A DNA stretch of 45,416 nt, counting the filler, from Jimgerdemannia flammicorona (Eukaryota): NCBI GenBank assembly GCA_003990765.1. It is 2 parts of 2 records of this genome, joined end to end, with 100 filler letters (N's around TTAATTAATTAA, not from the genome) between each part and the next. Parts side by side here need not be neighbours in the genome. Positions count along the whole stretch, not along the records: positions 1 to 22,659 come from RBNJ01001232.1; 1 more part is not named here. One strand, given 5' to 3'. The notes beneath the pieces are model-generated. The model did no database searches, was not told the DNA's origin, and worked only from the letters and a program-made list of their open reading frames with translations. The position numbers were made by a program, and so were the translations under genes. Positions 11,190 to 22,759 of the stretch are shown here, piece by piece. Position 1 is the stretch's first letter. Each line of letters starts with the position of its first letter.

Positions 11190-14100
11190 ATCTTTCTCCA
11201 CTACTACTCATATAACACAAACTTTGAAGTATACTTTTGACCAATTTATTGAAGAAAGATACTAAGGTTATGGCAACTAATAAGTAAGCAGACATATATA
11301 CTAGGTTGGGTGGACCTGGGGCCTTCAACTGGCAATATGTCAGATAAGGATATGGACTTGGGATGGGGTCTTTTGGTGGTCTGAGTGGACAGGATAGCTT
11401 GGGTAGTAGAAGCAGCAATGGTGGAGGGACTGGAGGGCAGAAAGAGAGGAGCTTTGCAGACATGCTGAAGGCTGGAGGTTGGCCAGTAGGAGCTTATGGT
11501 GGGTAGGCAGAAGGGAAGAGAAAGTAGAAAGGAGGAGGAGTTGGAGGTGCTGAACCTCTGCCAGCAGGAGGAAGGGCTAGTGGAGTAGCTGATAGGAGTA
11601 GGGGTAGGACTGCTGATGGTGGTGTGACTGGGAATCTGGAAAAAAATCCAGATGTAACAGTTGATAGAAAGGCTGGACAGATGGGCTCAAAGCAGAAGAG
11701 AGAACTGGCTGATGATGTGACAGGGCTGGCAGTGGTACTGTTATTCAAGAAGTCAATCTTGAAGTTCATGGCAACCTTGTGCTTCTGGAACTTGGCTGTG
11801 ATGGCAAGAATAGTTCTGGGGATTATCTCAGAGCAAGTGGCTAGAGCTATCTTGGTGAAATTCCTGAAGAGACTAGAGAGAGTTGAAGTGGGTTTTGAGG
11901 AGGTGGGTCTACTGGAGGAAGTGTTGAAATCTGAAGTGGCTGTTGGTGAGGTGGTAATCTCTATAGTATAGTGTTTGAGGTGGAACCCCAGAGTGGTTCA
12001 GCTACTGGTGAAAGAGGTGTCTACAGTGATGAAGGTTGAGACTAGGAGGAGGGTAGAGGAGGTGATGGCAGAGTATGGTGATGTAGTCAATATTGGTTTC
12101 CAGATGTAGGAGGGGACTACTTTCAGGACAGGAGATGTGGATATTAGGATTAGACTAACTGAGAGAGAGGTCATGGGGAAGACAAGTGACTGGCCTTCAG
12201 TGATGATGTGGGGGACTTTTATCTGTAAGATATCGAGGGTGAAAGGGAGTGAAGAGGAGGAGAAGGACTTGTTGGAGGCTTTAGAGGAGCTGAGTGGAGT
12301 AGTAAAGCAGAGGACAAAGGCCTGGAAGCTATATATAGAGTCAATACATTTAGAGATTATAGGTGAGAAATATATTCGCACTGACAAGAGGTAGTGGGAG
12401 AGAGCTCAAGGGTGCAAAAAGCAGAGAGAGCTGCTGGCAAGTATGGGAGGAGGGGCAAAGGTGAATTCTGGAGGCCCTGAGAAGTCTGGGGGTATAGAGG
12501 TGAGTGTCTGGGCTAGTAAGAGAGAAGGAAATACAGAGGAGAGCCTAAATGGAGCTGAGAAAATGATGCACAAAGACCCATTTGCTAATGGTATATTTGA
12601 GGTCTGAGAGCCAGTCTTAGAAGACACTCTCTCTCTGATCAGGTGAGACCCTGCTGCAAGGAGTCAGGTAGCTAAGAATGAGCTGATGCAGGGCACTCAG
12701 CAGGTACACTTTGGAGTTCCTAATATGGCAAAAGGAGGATAGATGGTGGCAGTTGGTGAGGAAGAGCTGGTGGATGTCCCAGAGGAAGAGTGGAATGAGG
12801 CTACAAGTATAGAGACAGATACCACAATACTGGATACAGGAAGACTGGGGACATCAGGAGAGAAGGAGGTGGGAAACCTACTGTAGATGAGCCAAGTGAT
12901 AGATAACTTCGCAGTTGAGGAATTAGGGGAAATGGATCTGAGAGTGATGAGTGAGGAGCATTGGGCATGGATTCTACATAGAGATGGAGTGGTGAAGGCA
13001 CTGAAGGCAGAGGTACTTGCTATTTTCCTAGAGAAGAAGGAATATGAGGTTAATGAGGAGAAGAAGGCTGAGCTGGCAGTTGTTGCTGGTGAGCAGGCTG
13101 CCTACTGTTGGGCAGAGTGGCATGGTTTGCAACTCTGATAGGAGGTATGCCTGGAGTATTGTGAGGACTTTGAGGAAAAAGAGAATGGGGAGTTGGCTGA
13201 GCTTCTGATTAGGCTGGAGGCAAAGACAACTGAAGAGAAGGAACTGACTGCTGAATATAACTTGGACTTGACACAGAAGAGGTTGAATGTAGATTTATAG
13301 AGGATGGGCTTGATAATTAACATTATTTTTTATGAACAGTATATACAACTAATATTTTCTCTCTGAATGTAAATAGATTAAGGAGATCTGGGTAGTATAA
13401 GAATATTTTTACTTAGCTTAAGAGATTGGAGGCTGATCTCTTTCTACTGCAGGATGTGCAGTATGAGGATAAAGAGAATCAGGCAGAGTGGACTAGAGAA
13501 TGGGAAGAAGCTATGACTTGGATTAGCAAAGTAGTAATTCTGGTGAGGAGGAATAGAGGAGATTTGGGTGGAATCAGGAGCTGGGGGGACTGTTTGGTCT
13601 GGGGAGAATGGTATTGACCTGGGTGAGAGCCAGTGAGAGTAGGCTCTTGCTACTGTCCTGCAGCTAGGGGTGAGCAGATTGTATGGATTAGAGGTCTTTT
13701 GGAGGAAGGTATTCTCTTAGAGGAAAGAGTGGATGTTCTGGGAGGTGACTTTAATATGGTGCAGAATCTTAGGTTGGATAGGACTGATAGAGGGAGGAGT
13801 GTGGGTGAGAGGAGTGGTGGTCTGGATGCTTGAGAGGAGGTAGAGACCCTTTGCTCCTTAGGAGATATGGGCAGATTATAGTGGGGAGAGAAGAGGGTCT
13901 ATACATACTAGGTGAATAGACTGGGTATGAGGATAGACTGGATTCTGATAGCTGAATGCTGGGGCATAGATGTCTGGAAGACTCTGGAGATGGAGTAGTG
14001 CCCATGGTCTGATCACTAGGGGCTATTAGGGCAGAGGCAGTTTGGGGAGAGTGGAGATGGATCTAGACATTGGCACCTTAACTCCTCTCTGCTGGCTGAG

Positions 14101-17075
14101 AAAGTATTGTGAGACCTGTGGGTTGAGGACATCCAAGTAAAGATTGCCAACTAGATACATGAGAGTTCATCGGTGAGTATCCAGTGGATGAAGTTGAAAG
14201 AAGCTGTGAGGGTTTACTAGAGAGGAGCAGGTAGGGATGCTGGGAGGTAGCAAAGAAAAAAAGTATAGTATACTTTAGATCAGTTAATTAGATTACAGAT
14301 GGAATAGACAGATTTGATATCTTCTGGAGAGGTGGATGATTGGAGGTTGGAGTATGCAAAATTAGAGGTGGTGAAGTTGTAACAGAGAGGAGGAGGAGAC
14401 ATATATAAAAGGAATAGTAGCTAGGCTGCAGTGGTAGGGGCTTGAGGAGGGGGAGAGGCCTACTCAGTACTTGTCAAGACTCCTCCAGACTAGGAGGGTG
14501 TAGCATTGATGGGATGGGGTCCTTGATGCCAAAGAAGAAATAGTGTATAGTATATAACAGATCTTGAGAGTACTGAAGGAGAGATAGAGGGGTCTGTGGA
14601 GTGAAGAGGAAGGGGGTGCAGATGAAGAGGCAATTGAAGACATGCTGGAGGATTGGAAACTGCTGCAAGTAGAGGGCCTTAGTGACTTGATCCTATCAGT
14701 CCAGGAGGAGATCCAGAGAGTCCTTGCAGCAACTAAGCTTAGGACAGCTCCAAGAGAGGATGGATTACCTTGGGACTTTTGGAAGAAGATGGCAAAGGTC
14801 TCTGGAGTATTGAGAGAGATGGCAGCCCTCTGTGACCATGTTCTTCTGAAGGGTGAGTGGGTTGGAGAGCAGGACTTGGGGTTGGTGGTATTGTTGTACA
14901 AAGACAAGAGGAGGAGGGAGGACTGGAAGAGCTGGAGACTGATTATACTTCTGGATATAGACAGGAAGATGGTGACTAAGGTAATTGTTGTAAGGCTACA
15001 GAAGGTTGCCCAACAGGTACTAGGTGAGGAGCAGTGGAGTTTTGTAAGAGGCAGACTTATTAGAGATAGGACAGCCTGAGTTCATAGTATTATTGAAGAG
15101 GTACAGGCTTGTGGATTGAATAGAAGACTAGTCTTTTTGGACCAAGAGAAGGCCTATGACCACATTCAGTGAGTGTGGCTGGGCAAGGTGCTGGATAGAA
15201 TTAGTGTTCCCCCATAATTTTAAGCTTCTATGTTGAGTCTATTGGAGGGCAGTAGGGCAGCACTGATGTGTAATAGTCACCAAGGTCTGGTATTTCCCTT
15301 GGGAAGAGGAGTTTCTCAGGGGGATCTACTGTCTTCTATTCTTTATGCTCTTTCATTAGAACCTTTGATAAATAGGATACAATAGAAGATAGTAGGACTT
15401 TCTATATATGGTATGGTGTAGAAGGTGGGGGTCTTTGCAGATGATATGGTAGTTGGACTTGACTCAGTGATAGATGTTGAGGTTCTTAAGGAGATAGTGG
15501 AATGGTATAAGGTATAATCTGGAATAAAACTCAACTAGCATAAGTGTGAGATAATGGTGCTGGGGAATGGGCTAGTGGGAGGAGACATCATTGGAACAAT
15601 TGTCCCTACAGGAGAGGCAGTACAGTATCTGAGCATCTTTCTCTCTATATATGGTTCTGTCTTACTACAAGTATGGTGGGAGAGGAGAGTGGCCATTTGG
15701 GGGGAGGCTCTTAGAGGGTGGGGAGGTTGCCACATCTCCCTTACTGACCAGGTATCAATTCTGAATATCTACTGGCTCCCCAAGCTATGGTATATTGCTT
15801 ATTATTTGGACTTTCCAGCTTAGGTAGTGAAGAGACTAATGAAACTGGCTAGAGATTGAATTTGGGTAGAGAGATAGTCCCAGATCAGTTGGAACACTCT
15901 TGCAATACCAGTAGTTCAGAGTGGACTAGGCCTAGTGGATTTTTCTAAGAGGCTGTACTATCTGCAAGCTTGGTGATTGAAAAGAACTATTGAATTGCAG
16001 GGAGGAGGTTGGGTACCACTGATGCAGAAGGTGTGGGAGATGAGATTCTCCCTATGAGGATCCTTGAGAGATTTGCTATCTCTGGTGAGTCTGGATGAGA
16101 GCCAATGACTTTGGTATAAGGGCTTCTGATGGGGGGTGGTGGATGGAGCACACCAAATAGGTCTGCACTGATGAAGCAATGAGAGAGAGATGCTGTGGGA
16201 TCCAGCTATGTAGTGGTGGGACAGACTACTTCTAGGGAGTATGCTACTTGCTGAGTTTAGTATTAGTGATGGAGTAGAGTATCAGCAGAGACTTGGTTAG
16301 GATCTTTGGCCAAGTAGTTGGCAGGCTGTGAGGATTGGTGAGGAGTAGAACTGGGCAGGAGTCTGATCATAGAGTGCTAAGGTGCAGAGGTGGCTTCCTC
16401 CCAAGTTCTAGGTAGTATAGTGGTGAATGCTGTGGAGGAATGTCATATTGAATTTCTATACTAGACATCTGGTGGAGGGTGGACAATTAGATTGTGAGGA
16501 GTGCTACAATGTCGGGCAAGTTGGGGGATTTGTGTAGATACCAAAATATTGGCTGGGAGAGTATAAGGTTATGGAGGACTTTTGGATAGCAGTAGAGGAC
16601 TAGCTAGGTGTGAAGAAGAGGCCAGATGGAGAGAGAGGCTGCTGGGAGGATTTGAAATCTCAGTTAGTGGGTGGTGTGGGCAATGGATGACTCATGGTAG
16701 GGTGGGTTTTAGCTATGTATATGGGTAGGGCTGGCTGGATATTGGCTCTTTGTTTTTGAGGAGAGGCAATAGATAGGTATATAAGAAAAGTTATTAAGAT
16801 GAGAGGGGTTGATGGAAGATTTGCTGACAGGGTGGTGGGTTGGCTGGGGTCTCCAGAGTGGGCAATATCACTATCTGGTAGAAGGGATCTGTGAACAGAG
16901 TGGTGGACAGATGGGAATGATAAATGACAAAGTAGTCTTTCATTGAGAGAGAGTAGGGGGGAGAGAAGAGACCCCTAGGAGGATCAGATAGGAGTGAGCA
17001 CAGTGTATTTTATAGAGGATAGATGGGTGTATTAATAAAGGAAAGAGTCTGAGTAACTATAAAAAAAAAAAAAAA
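11190..17075 (+). mobile_element. Full-length L1/Tx1-clade LINE, copy A (defective)
   Basis: 19-bp TSD TATATATAAAGTATATACT at 11171-11189 and 17076-17094; A15 tail. ORF1 relic; ORF2 with APE (FLLQDV, GGDFN, RIDWIL, WSDH) and RT (APREDGLPWDFWK, LDQEKAYD, QGDLLS, FADD). Many stops. Confidence 0.95.
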
Positions 17076-18659
17076 TATATATAAAGTATATACTTTTTAA
17101 TAGCAAAAAGTAAGGTCTTGGAGAAATTCAAAGAGTTTAAAGTAATTATAGAGAATGAAACAGAATATAAAATATATACTATATATTTAGATAATAAATA
17201 TAAATATATCAATAGTATATTCAAGCAGTATCTGAGAAAATATAATATATACTATCAAATAACAGCTTTATATATATTCTAGTAGAATGGTATAGCTAAG
17301 TAATTTAACTATACAGTTATAGAAATAATATGTATGATAATTAATATAGCTAAACTATTATATTCTTATTAGGCTGAGACAATCAATATAGTAATATATA
17401 TACAATCAGTATATATTTCAAGTATTGAGCAAGAAATCTAATGATAATAATAAGTAATCTAAGAATAATTATAATCTCACTTCTGAAGAATTATAGAGTA
17501 GAGTCAAGCCTAATGTATTATATCTATATATATTCAGATATAAGGTCTATATTCTAGAGAAAGAAGAAAATCAGTATAAATTTGAGCCTAAGACTAATGA
17601 GTATATATTCTTTAAACATAATAGAAAATTGTATTGTGGAATCTATATAAATATTATATAATAATCTCATATAATATACAGTTTAACAAAAAAAGAAATA
17701 ATAAGAAGATTTATATAAATATATCTATTTTGATCTTTACTTTAATATTTATATTCTATCAGTATAATATCTGATACCAATCTCTCTAATAAAGTAAAAT
17801 TATTTTCAATCACTATACATATCTAAGCCAAAGTTATCTGAGTCAAGGATAATAGAGATTAAAAATAGTAAGACTTTTGATAATAATGAAGAGTTTATCA
17901 AAGATAAGAAAAAGCCAAAGTATAAGTCTAGAAATGAGACTTATTTCAATTTAGAAAATTATTAGAATATGTAGATAATAATATAAGAATCATATAAACT
18001 ATGCTAAGATATACAAATATATATTTATTATAACTTCTGGTAAGTCAAGTATATATAATAAAGTAATAACTTCCTCTAATAATAAGAGATAGAAGTAAAT
18101 AATAAATAAAGAGTATATTTTACTTATTAAAAATGACAAATAAAATTTAGTACCCTTCTGACCAATCAATAAGCTATAGAATTATTGGGTTTATAAAATC
18201 AAGTATAAGAGTAATAGAAGTATAGAGTAATTTAAACCTCATTTTATTGCTAAGAATTATTTGCAAGATTATGGTATAAACTATAATGAGATATTTTTAC
18301 TAGTATTTAAGCTTACTTTACTTAAAATACTTCTTATAATCAGTATTATATATAATCTAGAAATCTACCAGATAAATATAAAGATAGTTTTTCTCAATAG
18401 TGATATAGATATAGAACTATATATTCATCAGCCACAAGAATATAAATTATATAATAGCCAGAACAACAATCTCATATATATACTATATAAAGAATTATAT
18501 GGCATTAAGCAAGCAACTTGTCTGTGGAATAGAAAAATCAATAAATAACTTTTTAACAATAGCTTTATATACTATAAAGTAGATAACTATATATATATAT
18601 TTAATACTATACTAATAGAGTAGCTTATAGGTAAATATGTAATATAATTATCATTATAA

Positions 18660-19143
18660 GTACATATCTCTTGGGGGTCTGCCCACCAGGGCCTATAGTG
18701 GGAAAAAGGTGGAGTAATCTTCAGCAGAGGCTGGTAGGAGGGGTTGAAGATGATTGATTAACTATTGGGTGGATACTTGCTATTTGGATTAGGCTTGCCA
18801 GATATTGGCTATATATATTTGAAGATAGATGGCAGTTGGTACTTAGATTATAAGTTACCAGATAGAAGTGATTGATAATGGACCTATTGAATGGCTGGTA
18901 GAAGAGGTGGAGACCTGGTGGGGGGTCTTATAGAAGACTGGTAGAAAAAAATTTATAGATAGAGTAGTGAGAGGATTGGGATAGCTAAGGGAATGGTAAT
19001 TTTTCAGGAGAGAGAGAGGAGAGAGAGAGAGAGGCTCCTTGTAAGATTGGGTGAGGGGTGGGATTGTATTAGTATAATATAGATTAGATAGTAATAAAGT
19101 AGAAGTTTGAATAACTATATAAAAAAAATAAAAAAAAAAAAAA
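18660..19143 (+). mobile_element. 5'-truncated LINE inserted in the copia RT
   Basis: G-rich LINE 3' end with AATAAA and an A tail (~19120-19143). Degenerate TSD (ATTATCATTATA / ATTATTATTGTA). The copia RT resumes after it. Confidence 0.75.
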
Positions 19144-19576
19144 TTATTATTATTATTGTAATAAAAAGTAAGCTTAATAGAGTCAAAGAAGTCCTATATA
19201 AGAAATTCAAGATAACTGATATAGGTGATATATTCTTTCTTTTAGAGATATCTATTATATAATAGAAATATATATACCATATATTTCTCACAGTTAATAT
19301 ATATCTAAGCCATCCTAGAATACTTAATATATATAAGTAAATATAAGTCTGTTAATACTCTTATAGAAATATCTGTAAAGTTAAGAAAGTCTGAGACTGA
19401 TAATAATAAAAATTATACTAATATTTCTTATTGGTAAGTAATTGAGTTCCTTATATATCTCATACTAGAAATAATACCTAATATCTTATATACTATAAAT
19501 AAAGTAGTATAGTATTTCTTCCGCTATAATTACATATTTGTATTAGAGTATTATTAAGAAGATTTTCAGATATATT

Positions 19577-20002
19577 TAGTACTCTCAATGAATTAAATTG
19601 AATCAAATTAAACTCAAATTCAATTTAATTCAAAAACTTTGAATTGAATTAAGGCTTAATTCAATTTAATTCAAATCAAATTAAGGTCCAATTCAATTTG
19701 AATTTCAATTCAATCCTAAATTTTTAAAATTCAATAACTTGACAGAAAAATGTCTAAATTTAATAATCTTTATTGTACTAGATTTGCCTTATCAAAGCAA
19801 ATCTAACAAGCTAAAATTCATCTAATTTGAATATATTTTCATTAAGTGATTATATTTCAAAGTTTAACTTTCAATTTCAAATTGAATTAGATCTCAATTT
19901 GATTTGAACAATTTGAATTGGATTCCAATTTGAATTGAAAAATCTCTAATTTAATTTGATTTGAATTACCCTCAATTTGATTTGATTTGTTTGAAAGTAC
20001 TA
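19577..20002. mobile_element. Non-autonomous hAT-type MITE, family 2 (old, mutated)
   Basis: TAGTACTCTC...GAAAGTACTA termini; 8-bp TSD GATATATT (19569-19576, 20003-20010). Subterminal ATTCAA/TTGAAT arrays and a central TAGATTTGC-N9-GCAAATCTA palindrome. Confidence 0.88.
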
Positions 20003-20210
20003 GATATATTAAAGATATAGTATACTATATACTCAATCTCAGTAAATTGAATAGAAGCAATGATAATAAGGATAAGAATAATAATATATAATTATCTAGT
20101 ATATATGATGCTAACTGGGCTAGAGACTTAGATAATTACCAATCTACAACTGAGTACTTCTTCTAATTAAACAATAAAGAGATTGTATATATCTTAGCAA
20201 ATATATATAT

Positions 20211-21722
20211 TGTCACGTAGTGGTTGCTGAGTCCTTCAAATACACCAGATTCTCTTCAAGGTATATCTCTTAGACTAACTCAAGTTTGTTATAAGCAAGT
20301 TCTTATTGGAGTGCCTTCTCAAGGTCTTATAGTTCTCAAACTTCTTATCTTTAACTGTCTTGTTATCTCTTAGATTGCTTGCAAGGAAGTGTGTGTATTG
20401 CACTGAGAGGAACTGACTTTATTTCAGAGGAAATAAGAGGGGTATTTATACAAAATATAATTCAATGGTTGCTAAGATATAAAGCTAAATATAAATTCCA
20501 ATAACTAAAACTACTAAGTTCCAAGGCTGGTATTATTTAGTGTCACATCAAAATGCCGGTGCTGGAACAATTTCGCGTCACCTCAGAATACCAGTGCTGG
20601 CATTATCTAGTGTTACATGAGAATACCGGTGCTGGCATTATCTGGTGTAACAAAGAACTTAGAGCAGAAAGTTCAGGACCATGGGGGCTTCATCATCATC
20701 ATCATCATCATCATCACTGAAGGAGATGAGATCTGCGAATTCGTCGTTTTCGCGTGCTTCGCGTATGTCGATGTCACGCGGGATGACGTCATCGCCGATG
20801 ACGTCATCACGTTCGGCGGGGAAATCGGGGACAAGATCTGGAGCTCTCCAGTCTATGAGGTTCTCTTCCACAAAATAGGGGACAAATGTGGGGTCTTGGG
20901 GAGATCTAACCCGGATGCTTGGGCCTTGGAATACTGAGATCAATCCTTGCAGGAACTGGTCTGGGTTGTCCTGAAGGATAGGATACCAGAAGTCTTCTAC
21001 TTCTTCACTGTTGAGGGTGATAGTGGACTGGGCTTCTGTAGCCACCCTGGCTTCTAGCACATTGATATGGTGGGATGACAGGTCTCTGAAGTCTGAGACT
21101 CTAACATACTCCAAGTTGGGGATTGACCATGGTGCATGCCTGAAGATCTGATGGATCTTCTTTGCTGTCCTTGCTTCTCGTAGGTCTATGGGAGTGGCAT
21201 CTTATAGCTCTTGAGGGCTGGCCTGTGGGAACTCCCGGCAGAGGAGGTTTCCTATTTCATACTCCTGCCACATTTGGAGGCATTCAGTGGCGATAGTGAT
21301 CCTTGTTTCCATTTCACAGCAGTAGAGGATGAAGTGATAGGGGTCTGCAGTACCCAGGTTGACACTAGGAGTCCTTCTTGAGCAGGTCCCCATGGCTCTT
21401 CTGATGTCTTGGAACATCCTTTCTTCAACCGAGATACCTTAGTAGTTCCTTGACCTTGAGGTTTGGCAGGCAGCAGGCATTTCATTTGTGGTAAGTCTTT
21501 GAGCTATTTTGGGATTGGTGGTTCTTGTTGGTTGCTGCTACTGCGGTTCCTTAATCCTTCTTTTATATTCTTCAGGATGCTTGTGCTGTGGTCACAATGA
21601 CTCACAGTTAGTCATTATTGCTCATCTCGTATGCTATATGATCTTCTTGTACTTTGATCTGGTGGCTTGCAAGGAAAGACTGTCTCCTATGCTAATGTCA
21701 TCATTCTGGGGTCACTGTTACA
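20211..21722 (-). mobile_element. 1.5-kb TG..CA solo-LTR-like element carrying an internal gene
   Basis: Minus-strand termini TGTAAC...GTGACA with ATAT on both flanks. It interrupts the copia RNase H (IS*QIY|K*SSVVISSIQVEYQ). Minus-strand TATA (~20440-20452), AATAAA (~20418-20423) and ~35-bp repeats (20550-20650). Confidence 0.75.
20659..21480 (-). pseudogene. LTR-borne ORF, ~274 codons, two internal TAA stops, acidic C-terminal tail
   Basis: One frame: MPAACQTSRSRNY*GISVEERMFQDIRRAM..WQEYEIGNLL..QEL*DATPIDLREARTAKKIHQIFRHAPWSIPNLEYVRVSDFRDLS..SDDDDDDDDEAPMVLNFLL*. It joins track ORFs 21202-21417 and 20659-21114. Both stops are explicable as CAA>TAA. TATAAAA lies upstream at ~21561-21567. 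Confidence 0.7.
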
Positions 21723-21870
21723 ATATATAAGTAGAGCTCAGTAGTAATATCATCTATACAAGTAGAGTATCAAGTATTATCTATAGTAATAAAGAAAGCC
21801 ATTTGGCTATACCAGCTATTAAAAAAACTTAGCCTTGATTAAGAGTACTCTATACTTATGTATAATATAA

Positions 21871-21963
21871 ATTCAGTAATTCAAATCAAGATTCAAATTT
21901 GATAATTTGAATTGATCATGTGATGAATTTAAACTAATTCAAATTGACTCATTCAGAGTACTA
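21871..21963. mobile_element. Orphan end of the TAGTGCTC hAT MITE family
   Basis: ATTGACTCATTCAGAGTACTA matches ATTGACTCGTTCGGAGCACTA (end of the 25307 copy) with 3 transitions. It is fused to the truncated copia. Confidence 0.75.
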
Positions 21964-22380
21964 CCTCTCTACTTTCTTATATTAAATACAACCTAACTAT
22001 TAATAACTACAACCCTCTTACTACTTTTTATATAAATTCTCTTTACTAAATAGTGACAGTAACCACTCTGAGGGCTCTACCCCCTCTACTAGTTAGACAC
22101 AATATCTATCACCAATCTCTTCTACTGTATTATCCTCTTTTCTAATTCTATCTATCTCTCTTTTCAAATATATATAGCTAATGTCCAGCCAACTCTACTT
22201 ATACTACCAAAGTTCACTCAACAGTAAGTTACTCATTACCAATATACTCCACCAATTATGATTTCAAGTCCTCTTAATGACCCCCCTCTCTACTCTCTCA
22301 CTTCTTTATCTCTAAATAACTACCAACTCTCATCTAGAAGTTCTCAAGAACCTCATACTCACTTAGCTAATATTGACCAA
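21964..22380 (-). mobile_element. Degraded LINE ORF2 C-terminal fragment
   Basis: CT-rich and aligns by eye with 29470-29850. Confidence 0.6.
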
Positions 22381-22659
22381 GAACTCTATTCATTATAGCA
22401 GAATAAAGTACATTGATATACAACACCACTATATAAGAGAATGCATGAAGAATATAACTATATGCTTAGAATACATTCTCACAGAGTATATAATTATAGA
22501 TTTGCTCTCTCAGAATCTAAGTTTAAGTAATATATTAAAGAAATAAGTCTTACAGTAAACTATATACTAATAATAAAACTATATGCCAGCAATAGATACT
22601 TATGGGATATTTCATAACAAAAAGGAAGCAGAAAAACAATGCATCTTTCTTTTTTTTTT

Positions 22660-22759
22660 NNNNNNNNNNNNNNNNNNNNNNNNNNNNNNNNNNNNNNNNN
22701 NNNTTAATTAATTAANNNNNNNNNNNNNNNNNNNNNNNNNNNNNNNNNNNNNNNNNNNN
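22660..22759. other. Assembly gap with artificial linker
   Basis: 44 N + TTAATTAATTAA (22704-22715) + 44 N. Confidence 0.97.

Larger units (their letters stand above)
9141..21870 (+). mobile_element. Ty1/copia LTR retrotransposon, hypermutated, 3'-truncated, host to four insertions
   Basis: 5' LTR and PBS. gag IPIFGSKDYTIWAFYISNLLKE (~9520). Integrase VYFLIAKSKVLEKFKEF is split by a LINE at 11189/17076. RT DYGINYNEIF..LEIYQINIKIVFLNSDIDIELYIHQPQEY..LYKELYGIKQA (18261-18548) and KKIFRYIK (split by a MITE). RNase H YDANWARDLDNYQSTTEYFF (~20100) and SSIQVEYQ (~21750). The IN-before-RT order is diagnostic of copia. No 3' LTR found. Confidence 0.93.

Noticed and set aside
22660..22759. TTAATTAATTAA palindrome between N runs
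   Set aside because: Artificial six-frame-stop linker in a 100-nt gap. The flanks (T tract on the left, LINE 3' region on the right) are compatible with one LINE end, so no biology is implied.
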